Below are positions 10,822 through 21,329 of a stretch of 64,000 nucleotides of DNA, in pieces. The stretch comes from Alphaproteobacteria bacterium (lineage in GTDB: Bacteria > Pseudomonadota > Alphaproteobacteria > Micropepsales > Micropepsaceae). Location: the NCBI GenBank assembly GCA_015654705.1, contig JAATGL010000190.1, positions 3,496 through 67,495 on the forward strand. Reading direction: 5' to 3'. The stretch's first letter is position 1. Each line of letters starts with the position of its first letter. The translations under genes and the position numbers were made by a program. The notes under the pieces are model-generated. The model was not told where the DNA came from, did no database searches, and saw nothing but the letters and a program-made list of their open reading frames with translations.

Positions 10822-13800
10822 CTAGCGATTCTGCGACAGTACGGCCAGTGATGCTGCGGTCAGCGCAAGCTGGCTCACGATCTGGGTCGTGTCCATGATC
10901 AGATCGCGGACGTAAAGCGGCGCGAGATCGCGCGGAACGACGATCGCGCTTCCCGGTGGAATGTCGTCGTTGCTGAAATTCAGCCAGGAGGGGCTGAGCG
11001 TGCGTGCCGAGCCATCGGGCAGGATCACGAACGCCAGATCGTCGTCGGCGAACTGGGTATAGCCGCCGGCCTGCGCGATATAATCCCTTCCGGGCTCGTT
11101 GCGGCGATAGGGATAGCTGCCGGAGCGTAGGACCTGTCCCAGCACCGAGACGGTGTAGGGTCGCTGCGGAATGAACACGACATCGCCCGCCTCCAGCAGC
11201 GGATCGCGATCCGGCTTCGCCGCCAGGAGCGCTGGATCCGCGATGATCGAGATTCGGCCCAGGGCCTTCTGGTCGCGCAGTTCCCGCACGAAAACCTGCA
11301 TCGACGCCATGGCATCCGACGACAGCCGCTCGTTCGGATTGGTGCGCCCGACGCCGGCCGTGATCTGTTCCTCGATCTCGCGCGCGGCGCGCGCATAGCT
11401 GTCGCGCTCCAGCGCGGCGGCCGATTTGCGCAGGAACACGGTGCCGTAGGGATACGCCTCGGCCGTCAACCCGCCGGCGCGCGCGAGCAGCGTCGAAAGG
11501 TGGTCGCCGCGCATGATCTTGTAGGTGCCGGCGCTCTTGACCTGGCCCTGCAAGGTCACGCTGCCGACATCGACATTGGTGAACACCTCGCTGAAGCGAA
11601 ATTCATCCGCCGGCTTGACGATATAGGAGGCCAGCGTTCCCTGGCGCAGCGGCAGGACGTCGCGTTGCGTGGCGGCGGTGCCGTTGCCGGGGTCGACATG
11701 CGTGGAGACGAGTTCGACGCCGCTCTCGTCCGCCCATCGCATCGTTCCCCCGGCGGCGGCGACCAGATCCTGCAGGTTGACGCTCGGGCCGACGACATAC
11801 TGGCCGGGCCCGCGCACGGCGCCGTCGAGCGAGACGACATGGTCGGCCATGAAATTCACCAGCACCAGCGGATCGACCCCCAGCTGGCGCGCCAAGGCGC
11901 CGAATGTGCGCACTTCCTGATTGGTCGGCACCTCGCCGGCGGCGAGCGCCTGCTTTTCCAGGTTCTCCGCTTCCGGCTGTGCCGGTCGCCGGTTGACCGG
12001 CGACGGAGGATATTGCCCCGAGAGGGATGCGATTTCGCGGCGCTGCATGTTGCCGCCGCGATCCGCGCGCTGGCTGGCCTGCAGGGCGGCCGCGGCAGAC
12101 GAGTTCTGGTCCGGCGCCAGTTGATCGCTCTGATCGGTGTCGGCGTCCGGCGTGCCTTGATTCAGGCTGTCGCGGGGCTTCGTGTCGTTCTGGTTATACG
12201 GGTTATACGGGGCCTGTCCCTGATAGGGCAGGTTCGGGTTGTTCTGCTGCCCGTTCGCCTGATCATCCAGATAGGTCTGATTGTTGAACGACGAAGTCTG
12301 TGGCGAATTCTGCTGGTCCGGCTGGACGGCAAAAGCCGGATTCTGGCCATTGGCAATGGCCGGATTGGTGCGGTTCTGCGGTGTCCTGTTCTCGGCCTGG
12401 GGATTGCGGATCGCTTCCGCGTCGGCATCGCGCTTGTCCAGGAATCCCTTGACCGTCGACGCGATCAGCCGCGATTCCTCGATGGACAGCACGCGCACGA
12501 TATCGTCGCTCTGCAGGTCCATATTTTCACTGCCGTCCAGCACCGACACGGGCGTGAACGCGACCAGCGAGCGCAGAAACGTGCGCGGATCGCGCCGCGA
12601 AATGATGCCGAACAGCGTATAGGGTGATCGGCCGAGTGCGCCGGGCGCGCGCAGCATGTCGGACAGTTTCGACATCTTGCCGAGCGAATAGCTTCCGGCG
12701 AGCGACATGCCGCCGGAGAGTTCGGCTTTGCCGACCACTTGGTCCGCGCCGGGTTCGACCGACAGGATTTCGCTGTCGCGCACCGTCCCCGCATTGTCCT
12801 TGACCGAGGTCATCTCGGTGCGGCCGTCCGCCTCGATCCGCAGAACAGACACCCGGTACTGTCCGCGCACCTCCATGCCGCCGGACAGGGCCAGCAGGTT
12901 GCGGACGCTGATGCCGCTCTGTCCCGGCGGAATCTCGTAGATGCCGGGACGGCGGACCCAGCCGGTCACCGCGACCGTCGGGCCGAGCACCGGCACGATG
13001 ATCCGGTCGCCGTCCGCCAGCGAGACATGGCGCGAGGCGCCGCCCGGCGTCAGCACGCTGTAGAGATCGATCGTCACCGTCTTGTCGCCGCGCACAATGC
13101 GGACGTTTCGCAGGCTGCCGGTTTTCTTCACGCCGCCCGAAAGCAGGAGCGCATCGACCGGCGAGGAAAGGCCGGTCAGGATTCTCTGCCCCGGGTTGAA
13201 CACCTCGCCCGACACCATGACGGTGATCTGCCGCAGCCGGCCGACGGAGACAAAGCCTTCCGTCGCGGCATAGGTGCGGTGGATTTCGTCGTTCAACTGC
13301 TGACGGAATTCGCCCAGCGTGCGCCCGCTCGCCGACAGCGGCTTGAGGCGCGGCAAAACGACCCGGCCGTCGCGATCGACATAGGCGCGGAACTCCGAAT
13401 TCTCCTGCCCGCCGCGGATCGAAACGATCACCTCGTCGCCCGGCCCCAGCAGGTAATCGTCCTGCACGCCGCCCATCTGCGGAACCGTGACCGACCTGCC
13501 GACACCGAGCTGTTCGTAGCCGAACTGCTTCAGTTCGACGCCCGCGCGCGTCGAGAGAATCTTTTCAAGCCTGGAGGTTGCAAGGCGCGAATTCTGCGGC
13601 GCAGGCGGCAGCATTATGGATTCCTGCGGCGACTGGCCCTGTGACGGGATCGTCTGCTGGTCCGACTGGCCACGCGGCGATTGCTGGAATTGCTGAAGCT
13701 GCTGGATCAGGTCCGGCGACAGCCCGATGCTCTGCTGCGCCTGCACCCCGCCCGCCGCGAGGAGAACGCCGCCGGCCAGCATGAGGAAACCCAGGCACGC

Positions 13801-13842
13801 GGCCAGCACCGCATGGCGGCGCGTGCTACGGCTCTTTCCCAC
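10822..13842 (-). CDS. Large SLBB-repeat polysaccharide export protein (KpsD/OtnA-like)
   Basis: KQFGY, DYLLGPGDEV Poly_export motif, several V.G.V..PG.Y SLBB units, PGSAIVVP plus C-terminal helix. Confidence 0.88.
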   Translation of the reverse strand: MGKSRSTRRHAVLAACLGFLMLAGGVLLAAGGVQAQQSIGLSPDLIQQLQQFQQSPRGQSDQQTIPSQGQSPQESIMLPPAPQNSRLATSRLEKILSTRAGVELKQFGYEQLGVGRSVTVPQMGGVQDDYLLGPGDEVIVSIRGGQENSEFRAYVDRDGRVVLPRLKPLSASGRTLGEFRQQLNDEIHRTYAATEGFVSVGRLRQITVMVSGEVFNPGQRILTGLSSPVDALLLSGGVKKTGSLRNVRIVRGDKTVTIDLYSVLTPGGASRHVSLADGDRIIVPVLGPTVAVTGWVRRPGIYEIPPGQSGISVRNLLALSGGMEVRGQYRVSVLRIEADGRTEMTSVKDNAGTVRDSEILSVEPGADQVVGKAELSGGMSLAGSYSLGKMSKLSDMLRAPGALGRSPYTLFGIISRRDPRTFLRSLVAFTPVSVLDGSENMDLQSDDIVRVLSIEESRLIASTVKGFLDKRDADAEAIRNPQAENRTPQNRTNPAIANGQNPAFAVQPDQQNSPQTSSFNNQTYLDDQANGQQNNPNLPYQGQAPYNPYNQNDTKPRDSLNQGTPDADTDQSDQLAPDQNSSAAAALQASQRADRGGNMQRREIASLSGQYPPSPVNRRPAQPEAENLEKQALAAGEVPTNQEVRTFGALARQLGVDPLVLVNFMADHVVSLDGAVRGPGQYVVGPSVNLQDLVAAAGGTMRWADESGVELVSTHVDPGNGTAATQRDVLPLRQGTLASYIVKPADEFRFSEVFTNVDVGSVTLQGQVKSAGTYKIMRGDHLSTLLARAGGLTAEAYPYGTVFLRKSAAALERDSYARAAREIEEQITAGVGRTNPNERLSSDAMASMQVFVRELRDQKALGRISIIADPALLAAKPDRDPLLEAGDVVFIPQRPYTVSVLGQVLRSGSYPYRRNEPGRDYIAQAGGYTQFADDDLAFVILPDGSARTLSPSWLNFSNDDIPPGSAIVVPRDLAPLYVRDLIMDTTQIVSQLALTAASLAVLSQNR

Positions 13843-14196
13843 GAGAGTTCCGCCCTTCGATCGCGTCTTCAAAATCGCCCAGCCGCTAGCGCCATCGAAG
13901 CATCTAACACGGGGTTTGGTCTTGCTCAAGAAATGAACAGCGACGGAGTCCAATGCCGGATTTCGTTTGTCCAACCGCGATGAGCAGTCCACATGACCGG
14001 ATTTTCAGAGTTCGGCAAACCTGTTTTCCGACGTCGGCAATGGGCAGACGCCGTGCGCCGGGCCGCAATGGCAAAGTCCTGCGGGATGCGTTAGATCGTT
14101 TTGGCGTGCGCGCGGCGCTCTGGGAACAATGGGGATTCGGTGGCATACAAATCGGACGGGTGCGGTCTGGGCCGCTATGCGAGGTCGGAGGTCGGC

Positions 14197-15711
14197 GTGC
14201 CCAAATCTCACCGTCGCGCTGACCTTTGCCCGGCACCGCCGCGTGGGCGGGCCACAAGAAGCGTGGTTTTGGCGGTCGCGCTGACGGCCGCTTTGCTGGC
14301 GTCCGGCCATGCGTTCGCCAGCCCCTGGGCGGAAGTCGGCGACTCGCAATTGCGCTCCGATATCGAGGTTCTGGCCGCCGCCGGCGTAATCGACGACGTC
14401 ACAATGCAATGGCCGATACCCTGGGGCGGCATCGTCTCCCGCCTGCGCCAGAGCGGCGCGCTCGACGGCCAGCCGGATTTCGTTCGGGACGCGGCGCGCC
14501 GCGTGGCGCAGCGTGGAACCGAACAGGCCGAACCCGGACGGCTGCACTTCACCGTGACCGGCGATTTCACCAACAATCCGAGCGTCGTTCGCGCCTTCGA
14601 TGCGCTCGGCCGCGAGGACATGCAGGGCCAGGCTTCGGCGGAATGGGTCGGGGAAACCACCGCGATCCGCCTGTCCGTGGGCGCCCAGTCCCACAACCGC
14701 TACGACCATCAGTCGCTGGTGCTGGACGACAGCTACATCGCACAGCGCATCGGCAACGCGGCGCTCTACGCGGGCTATCTGACGCATTGGTGGGGTCCGG
14801 GCTGGATTTCGGCCATGTCGGTTTCCAACAACGCGCGGCCGTTTCCGCAGGTCGGATTGGCGCGCGCCGATACGACTGCTTTCCAGAGTTCCTGGCTGCG
14901 CTGGCTGGGCGCGTGGCAGGCCGAGTTCTTCGTCGGATGGCTGGACGGCCACCGCGTGGCGGAGAACACGTTGATCGACGGGCTTCGCGTGAACTTCAGC
15001 CCGCTGCCGGGACTGGAAATCGGTCTCGCCAGGCTCGACGAGCTGTGCGGCACCGGTCATCCCTGCCAGCCGCTGTCGACGTACTTCGATCTGAGAAACG
15101 ACCCCACGCATCCCAGCCGCACCAATGACGAAGGCAACATGGACATACGCTACACGAAAGTGCTGGGCGGCGTTCCCTTCGCGGTCTATGCCCAGTTCAT
15201 GAACGAGGACACCAATCCCCTCGTCCACTCCGGCACCAGCCATCTGCTCGGTGCAAGCACCTGGGTGCCGTTCGGTTCGTCGCCGCTGCGGCTGAGCGTC
15301 GAATACGCCGACAGCATCGCGACGACGGACATCTTCAGCTTCGGAAACGACATCTACGGATTTTCCTATCACGACTACAAATATGCCGACGGGATGCGCT
15401 ATCGCGACCGCACATTGGGCTTCAGCCTGGACGGTGATTCCCGGCTCGCCTCGCTGCAGGCGAGCTGGCTGGGCCGCCACGACATCACCTACACGCTGAC
15501 TTATCATCATGCCTCGATCGGATCGCCGCACGATCCGGCCAACAATATCGTGACCACCAGCCCGGTCACGATCAATATCGGCGACGCCCGCGTGCACATC
15601 CCCTTCCGGCATGTGAGCTTCGATCTGGAGGCCCGTATTCAGGACGACCAGCCGAGACCCGATCACGGCTATACCGGCGCGTTCGAGGCCAACATGAATT
15701 TCCGCCTGTAA
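14197..15711 (+). CDS. Capsule assembly Wzi-family outer-membrane protein
   Basis: LRSDIEVLAAAGVI...QWPIPW, LDDSYIA, HWWGPGWISAMSVSNNARPFP; C-terminal MNFRL; GGAGG before GTG. Confidence 0.87.
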   Translation: MPKSHRRADLCPAPPRGRATRSVVLAVALTAALLASGHAFASPWAEVGDSQLRSDIEVLAAAGVIDDVTMQWPIPWGGIVSRLRQSGALDGQPDFVRDAARRVAQRGTEQAEPGRLHFTVTGDFTNNPSVVRAFDALGREDMQGQASAEWVGETTAIRLSVGAQSHNRYDHQSLVLDDSYIAQRIGNAALYAGYLTHWWGPGWISAMSVSNNARPFPQVGLARADTTAFQSSWLRWLGAWQAEFFVGWLDGHRVAENTLIDGLRVNFSPLPGLEIGLARLDELCGTGHPCQPLSTYFDLRNDPTHPSRTNDEGNMDIRYTKVLGGVPFAVYAQFMNEDTNPLVHSGTSHLLGASTWVPFGSSPLRLSVEYADSIATTDIFSFGNDIYGFSYHDYKYADGMRYRDRTLGFSLDGDSRLASLQASWLGRHDITYTLTYHHASIGSPHDPANNIVTTSPVTINIGDARVHIPFRHVSFDLEARIQDDQPRPDHGYTGAFEANMNFRL

Positions 15712-15734
15712 TCCGTCGGGGACGGTGGAAGACC

Positions 15735-16673
15735 ATGCCTGACCTCTGGCCGGAACTTTCCTATGCGGCATGGAAGGATACCTGCGCCACGCTGCAATTG
15801 TGGACGCAGATCGTCGGCAAGACGCGGCTGGCGCTGACGCCGTGGCTGAACCATTCCTGGCACGTCACGCTGCACGTCACCGCGCGGGGCTTAAGCACGC
15901 CGCTCATGACCGCGGGCGAGCGCGACTTTCAGATCGAGTTCGACTTCATCGACCATGTTCTGTGGCTGCGCACCAGCGACGGCGGTTCGCGCCAACTGAT
16001 GCTGAGGCCGGTGGCCGTGGCAGAGTTTTACGCCGCCTTCCGGCACGCGCTGTCCGAACTCGGCATCGAGGTGCGCATCAATGAAATCCCCAACGAGGTG
16101 GCCGACGCCATTGCGTTCGCCCAGGACCTTACACATTCGGCCTATGACCAGGACTTCGCCAACCGGTTCTGGCGCGTGCTGCTGCGCTCGCACGAAGCGT
16201 TCTCGCTTTTCCGCACCGCCTTTCTCGGCAAGGTCAGTCCGGTGCATTTCTTCTGGGGCAGTTTCGATCTCGCGGTGACGCGATTTTCCGGCAGACGCGC
16301 GCCGCCGCATCCCGGCGGCATCCCGCACCTGCCCGATGCCGTCGTGCGCGAGGCCTATTCGCACGAAGTATCGAGCGCCGGCTTCTGGCCGGGCGGCGGA
16401 CCGATCGATTACGCCGCGTATTATTCCTATGCCTATTCCGCGCCGGAAGGGTTTTCCGCCGCGCCAGTGCGCCCGGCGGAAGCGTTCTTCAGCAAGGACC
16501 TCGGCGAATTCATCCTGCCTTACGAAGCGGTTCGCGCCGCATCCGATCCAAGGCAAACGCTGCTGGATTTTCTGCAGGACACCTATGTGGCGGCGGCGGA
16601 GGCCGGAGCATGGGACCGCGCGGAGCTGGAGTGCGAACCGGGCCGCCTCGGTAAACCGCGAATCGTCGGATAG
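15735..16673 (+). CDS. Conserved hypothetical protein (DUF5996-like)
   Basis: WKDTCATLQLWTQIVGK, SPVHFFWGSFDLAVTRFSGR, EAYSHEVSSAGFWPG recognised from memory. Confidence 0.75.
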   Translation: MPDLWPELSYAAWKDTCATLQLWTQIVGKTRLALTPWLNHSWHVTLHVTARGLSTPLMTAGERDFQIEFDFIDHVLWLRTSDGGSRQLMLRPVAVAEFYAAFRHALSELGIEVRINEIPNEVADAIAFAQDLTHSAYDQDFANRFWRVLLRSHEAFSLFRTAFLGKVSPVHFFWGSFDLAVTRFSGRRAPPHPGGIPHLPDAVVREAYSHEVSSAGFWPGGGPIDYAAYYSYAYSAPEGFSAAPVRPAEAFFSKDLGEFILPYEAVRAASDPRQTLLDFLQDTYVAAAEAGAWDRAELECEPGRLGKPRIVG

Positions 16674-16687
16674 AGTCGAATCGCCTT

Positions 16688-17461
16688 CTAGGACGGCGCG
16701 ATGTAATCCACATAGGGGCCGCCCGGGCCGGTGGTCAGGGCGCCCTTCATATCGAAGATCGCTTGAATCAGCGCGGGCGTCAGAACCCGTTCGGGCGGTC
16801 CGTCGCCCTCCACCCCGCCCGCCCGCATCGCCACGATCCGGCTGGCATGGCGCCCGGCCAATGTCAGATCGTGAAGCGACACGACGACCAGCTTGCCGGC
16901 CCTCGCAAAGGCCTGGAGCCGTTGCATCGCATCCAGCGCGTGGCGCGGGTCCAGCCCCGCGACCGGCTCGTCGACGATCAGGATGTCCGGGTCGCCGACG
17001 AAGGCGCGCGCCAGCATCGCACGCGCCAGTTCCCCGCCGGAGAGCGTCGTGGCGGACTGTTCGCGCCGCGCCAGCAGATCGCAGCTTTCCAGGGCGCGCG
17101 TGATCTTGGCCCTATCGCCCGGTTGAAACGTGCCGAAGGCCGGCAGCGTCGGCATCAGGCCCAGCGCCACCAGCCGCTCGACCGAGATCGGCCATTCGCA
17201 GCGCGGATTTTGCGGCAGATAGGCGCGGCGGCGCGCAAGCTGCCGGGCCGAATGCCGCGAGAGCGGCGTTCCGTCCAGATCGACGGCGCCTTCATCGGCG
17301 TCGAGCAGGCCTGCGAGCACCGAAAGCAGGGTGGATTTTCCGGCGCCATTGGCGCCCACCACGGCGACGAATTCGCCGCTCTGCGCGCGCAGCGAGACAT
17401 GGTCCAGGATGGCGCGGCCGCCGCGCTGTACGACTAGCCCGGATGCGGACAGCGTCGTCAT
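16688..17461 (-). CDS. btuD: Cobalamin ABC transporter ATPase
   Basis: GANGAGKST, LSGGE, DEPVAGLD, SLHD; last gene of riboswitch operon. Confidence 0.88.
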   Translation of the reverse strand: MTTLSASGLVVQRGGRAILDHVSLRAQSGEFVAVVGANGAGKSTLLSVLAGLLDADEGAVDLDGTPLSRHSARQLARRRAYLPQNPRCEWPISVERLVALGLMPTLPAFGTFQPGDRAKITRALESCDLLARREQSATTLSGGELARAMLARAFVGDPDILIVDEPVAGLDPRHALDAMQRLQAFARAGKLVVVSLHDLTLAGRHASRIVAMRAGGVEGDGPPERVLTPALIQAIFDMKGALTTGPGGPYVDYIAPS

Positions 17462-18447
17462 GGCGCGATCCGGCGCAGGCGGACCACGAGCCAGAAGAAG
17501 AACGGCGTTCCCAAGAGGCTGGTGAAGACGCCGATCTTGATCTCCGGTCCGATGCGGATCAGCCGCACGGCGATATCGGCGCCGAGCAGCAGGACCGCGC
17601 CCAGCACCGCCGCTGGAAGCAGGATGCGGCTTGGCTGATGGCCGACGAAGGGACGCACCATGTGCGGCGCGACCAGGCCGATGAACCCAATAGCGCCCGT
17701 CACCGATGTCGCGGCCCCCACGGCAAACGCCGTTCCGAGGATGACGAGAAGGCGGATGCGATCGAGATTGATGCCCAGGCTTTGCGCCTGCGTTTCGCCC
17801 AGCGACAACGCGTCCAGGGCGCGCGCGGTCATCGCCAGCATCGCACAGCCGACAAGGACGAACGGCAGGATCAACACGACCTGGTTCCAGCTGCGGTCCG
17901 ACAGCGATCCCATCAGCCATGACATGATTTCATAGGCGGCATAGGGGTTGGGCGCCAGATTGAGCGCGAGCGAGATGCAGGCAGCGGCGAGCCCCGACAC
18001 CGCCGCGCCCGCCAGGACGAGGCTCAGCACGCCGCCCCTGCGCCCCAAGGCGAAAGTGAGGACGCTGGCGCCGAGCGCGCCGATCAATCCCATGATCGGC
18101 CCGGTCACATCGAGCAGCGACGTCATGCCGAAATAGATCGCGATCACCGCGCCGAGCGCCGCGCCCGCGGAGACCCCAAGCAAACCTGGCTCCGCCAGCG
18201 GATTGCGGGTCAGTCCCTGCAGGACGGCGCCGGACAGCCCGAGCGACGCGCCCACCAGACAGGCCAGCACGGTTCGCGGCAGGCGCAAATCCGTGACGAT
18301 CAGCGCCGCGAGATGCGGCGTCGGCAGGAATATCTCATGCAGGACCTCGCGCGGATCGAGCCATACCTCGCCGACCAGCAGCGAAACGACGAACAGGGCC
18401 CCGAGCAGGATCGGCAAGGCAACGGCCAGGACGCGGCCGCCGCTCAC
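17458..18447 (-). CDS. btuC: Cobalamin ABC transporter permease (FecCD family)
   Basis: RLPR, QGLTRNPLAEPGLLGVSAGA, WLMGS, GAIGFIGLVAPH; GTGA overlap. Confidence 0.9.
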   Translation of the reverse strand: MSGGRVLAVALPILLGALFVVSLLVGEVWLDPREVLHEIFLPTPHLAALIVTDLRLPRTVLACLVGASLGLSGAVLQGLTRNPLAEPGLLGVSAGAALGAVIAIYFGMTSLLDVTGPIMGLIGALGASVLTFALGRRGGVLSLVLAGAAVSGLAAACISLALNLAPNPYAAYEIMSWLMGSLSDRSWNQVVLILPFVLVGCAMLAMTARALDALSLGETQAQSLGINLDRIRLLVILGTAFAVGAATSVTGAIGFIGLVAPHMVRPFVGHQPSRILLPAAVLGAVLLLGADIAVRLIRIGPEIKIGVFTSLLGTPFFFWLVVRLRRIAP

Positions 18448-19292
18448 AATGCCCCCCGCCCGGCACGCATGGCCTGTAGCATGCCGGCTCTCAAGGCCCA
18501 TGCCGCGTCGGCGCTTTGCGGAATACCGCAGGCATAGAGCAGTTCGGGATAGGCGATGCGGCGGCGGCCATAGACCTTCAGGATGAGAGGATGCTGGTCC
18601 ACATCCGTCCGCAGACCCGGCGCGGCATTGGCATCCGAGCCGTATGCCAGCACATCGGGCCGCGCGGTCAGCAGTTCCTCGATGCTGAAGCTGCCGCTCC
18701 TGGCCCCCGGCGTCGAGGACGCGATGTTGACGCCGCCGGCGGCCGTCAGGATCGCGTTGAACAAGGTGCCGCGGCCGGGAACCGAATCCCTGCCGTTCCA
18801 GCCGGCGACGCGGATGATCCGATTGGGCCTTGTCGCGGCCAGAGCGCGCAGGGTGGCGTCCATTGCCGCGAGCAATTGCGCGCCGCGCCGATCGGCATCA
18901 AGCGCATGGGCCACGGATTTCGTCACCGTGCGGATCTCCGCAAAGCTGTTCGCCGGCGCAACCTCCATCATCGGCGTGCCCAGCATTTTCAGCAGCGATC
19001 GCGTGGCGGTGGTCGTGTAGGTTCCCGCCAGAACGAAATCCGGATGTTCGGCGAGCACCTCCTCCGCCGCGCCGCGATTGATCGCAACCCGGGCGGCTTG
19101 CGGCCACAGGTAGGAATCGGCCGGCGAGCGCGACAGATAGGTCACCGACGCGATGCGCTCGGGCGGCACCAGATCCAACAGCAGTTCGTCCGTACACAGA
19201 TTGAGCGACATGATATGGCGCGGGCCGGCCGCCGCTGCCGCGGCGCCGCTGAACGCGAGCGCCACGGCAGCGACGAAGGCGACCCGCCGCAT
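18444..19292 (-). CDS. btuF: Cobalamin periplasmic binding protein
   Basis: Signal peptide, IMSLNLCTDELLL, second Cys near C-terminus; operon context. Confidence 0.85.
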   Translation of the reverse strand: MRRVAFVAAVALAFSGAAAAAAGPRHIMSLNLCTDELLLDLVPPERIASVTYLSRSPADSYLWPQAARVAINRGAAEEVLAEHPDFVLAGTYTTTATRSLLKMLGTPMMEVAPANSFAEIRTVTKSVAHALDADRRGAQLLAAMDATLRALAATRPNRIIRVAGWNGRDSVPGRGTLFNAILTAAGGVNIASSTPGARSGSFSIEELLTARPDVLAYGSDANAAPGLRTDVDQHPLILKVYGRRRIAYPELLYACGIPQSADAAWALRAGMLQAMRAGRGAL

Positions 19293-19293
19293 G

Positions 19294-21171
19294 TCAGAGC
19301 CTGGCCCTGACGCCGCCGAAGACGCCGCGGCCGGGTTGCAGGAAGCCGTTCGGATTCTGGTAATTCTGGTCGAAAATATTGTCGATGCGGCCGAAGACAG
19401 TGAACTGGTCCGTGAGGTCATAGCTGGCCGCGAGGTTCACGGTGGTGTAGCCGGGCTGCGTCAATCGCGGGATCGAGCCGTCGCGATTGGTGTCGACCCA
19501 CGAACTCACATAGAGCAGCGTGGCATCAAGAGACAATTTGCCCGTCACCTGCCAGTCGGCGGCGAGGCTCGCCTTATGCTTCGGCCGGCGCAGAAGCTCC
19601 TGGTGGAGGATTTCGTCCTCGGCTTCCGTGTAGGTGTAGTCCGCCCGCAGCGTCAGGGTTTCGAGCGGCCGGTAGGAAACGAAACTTTCCACGCCGTCGG
19701 TGCGGGCACGGCCGATATTCGCATAGGACGTGAAGGTGGCGTTCGAATCGATGAGATTGTCGATGTTGTTGCGGAAATAGGTGGCGCCGAACTGGACCGA
19801 CCGGCCGAAAAGCGCCTGCTCGAAACCGGCGTCCCAGCCGAAACTGGTCTCCGGCTTCAGATCGGGATTGGCGAAGAAGCCGAAGGCGGGAAAATCCTGG
19901 AACAGTTCCGCCAGGGTCGGTGCCTTGAAGCCGGTCCCGGCGCTGGCCTTCAGCTTGGTGCCGGTCTCGGCGATGAGATAGGCCGGCGCGACGCGGTAGG
20001 TGACTTTGCTGCCGAACCGGTCATTGTCGTCATAGCGGATGCTGACCGTATCGAAGAAGCTCTCGCCCAGGCCCGACTGCAATTCGGCATAGCCTGAATC
20101 GATCGTCGTGCCGGCCGAAATGGGCAGGCTGATCGCGTCGCGCGCATGCTCGGCGCCCAGCACAAGCGTCTCGTTCGCCGCCAGACGCACGTTGCCCTGC
20201 CAGTCGATCTTGACGCGGTCGCCGGCATCGAAGCTCACGGGGCTGCCGGGGTCGCTGTTGGCCGTGCGGTCGCTCGAATAGGCCACGCCGAGCGTCTGGT
20301 CGAGAACGCCACCGAACAGGACAAGATGCCCGGTTCCGCGCGTGTAGTACTGGATCATGTCGCTGTCGCTTTGCTGCGCCGCCGGAAAGGACGGAAATGT
20401 GCTGAAATCGTCGCCGGTGAAACGCAGCGTGGTGTTCGTGTAGCGCCCGGCAAAGCCGAGATCGAAATTGTCCGTCACGTCGTAACCGAGTTTCGTCGAG
20501 GCCGTCAGGTTGTCGTCATAATCGTCGTTGCGCTTTTCGCCCGGCGCGAGCAGTTCGAGCGGCGTCACCGGCGTGGCGCCCGCGTGGAAATGCTCGATAT
20601 TCGCCGTGTAGTGGAACCCATCTGTCGAGCCGCTGATGCCGCCCGCCTGGTTGAAGGTGTCGAACGAACCGCCTTCGACGCTGCCGGTGAAGCTGGCCGG
20701 ACCTTCGCCGCTCTTGGTGATGATGGCGATCACCCCGCCGATGGCGTCGGCCCCGTAGAGCCCGCTCTGCGGACCGCGCAGAACCTCCACCGCCTGGATG
20801 TCCTGCGTCAGGAACTGGCCAAAGTCGAACGCGGCGCCGGAGCTGCTGGGATCGCTGACATCGATGCCGTCCACCAGCACCTTGGTGTGATTGGAATTGG
20901 TTCCGCGCATGAACAGCGATGTCTGCCCGCCGGGGCCGCCGGTCTGCACGAGGTTGAGGCCGGGCACGTCCTTGAGCAGATCGGGCAGCGTCCGCTCCTG
21001 CCGCACCGCGATGTCATCCGCGGTGATGACGGTGATGCTGCTCGCCACCTGCTGTTGCGGCGTGGGAATGCGCGTGGCGGTGACGACCACGGTTTCGAGC
21101 GAATCGTCGGCTGCCGCGCCGCCGGTCATGACGATCAGAGCGATGGAGGAAAGCACTAAGGGTTTGCGCAT
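19294..21171 (-). CDS. btuB: TonB-dependent cobalamin receptor
   Basis: ETVVVTATR, RGTNSNHTKVLVDG, EVLRGPQSGLYGADAIGGVI, NPDLKPE; directly downstream of B12 riboswitch. Confidence 0.92.
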   Translation of the reverse strand: MRKPLVLSSIALIVMTGGAAADDSLETVVVTATRIPTPQQQVASSITVITADDIAVRQERTLPDLLKDVPGLNLVQTGGPGGQTSLFMRGTNSNHTKVLVDGIDVSDPSSSGAAFDFGQFLTQDIQAVEVLRGPQSGLYGADAIGGVIAIITKSGEGPASFTGSVEGGSFDTFNQAGGISGSTDGFHYTANIEHFHAGATPVTPLELLAPGEKRNDDYDDNLTASTKLGYDVTDNFDLGFAGRYTNTTLRFTGDDFSTFPSFPAAQQSDSDMIQYYTRGTGHLVLFGGVLDQTLGVAYSSDRTANSDPGSPVSFDAGDRVKIDWQGNVRLAANETLVLGAEHARDAISLPISAGTTIDSGYAELQSGLGESFFDTVSIRYDDNDRFGSKVTYRVAPAYLIAETGTKLKASAGTGFKAPTLAELFQDFPAFGFFANPDLKPETSFGWDAGFEQALFGRSVQFGATYFRNNIDNLIDSNATFTSYANIGRARTDGVESFVSYRPLETLTLRADYTYTEAEDEILHQELLRRPKHKASLAADWQVTGKLSLDATLLYVSSWVDTNRDGSIPRLTQPGYTTVNLAASYDLTDQFTVFGRIDNIFDQNYQNPNGFLQPGRGVFGGVRARL

Positions 21172-21177
21172 GACATT

Positions 21178-21198
21178 CTCCTGGTTTGAGTCCAGGAG
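21178..21198 (-). promoter_or_regulatory. RBS-sequestering hairpin of riboswitch expression platform
   Basis: mRNA CUCCUGG-ACUCAAA-CCAGGAG, a perfect 7-bp stem containing the AGGAG SD 6 nt before the btuB ATG. Confidence 0.7.
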
Positions 21199-21329
21199 CC
21201 GCCACGCGAAGCGCATGGTCTTTCGAATATGGATGTCCAACCGAGGCCCCACGACGACGACTCCAACGATGTCGTCGCGACGGTTTCCCCCGCAGTTCCC
21301 AGCGCACCCCGGCCGGCAACTAGACGACG

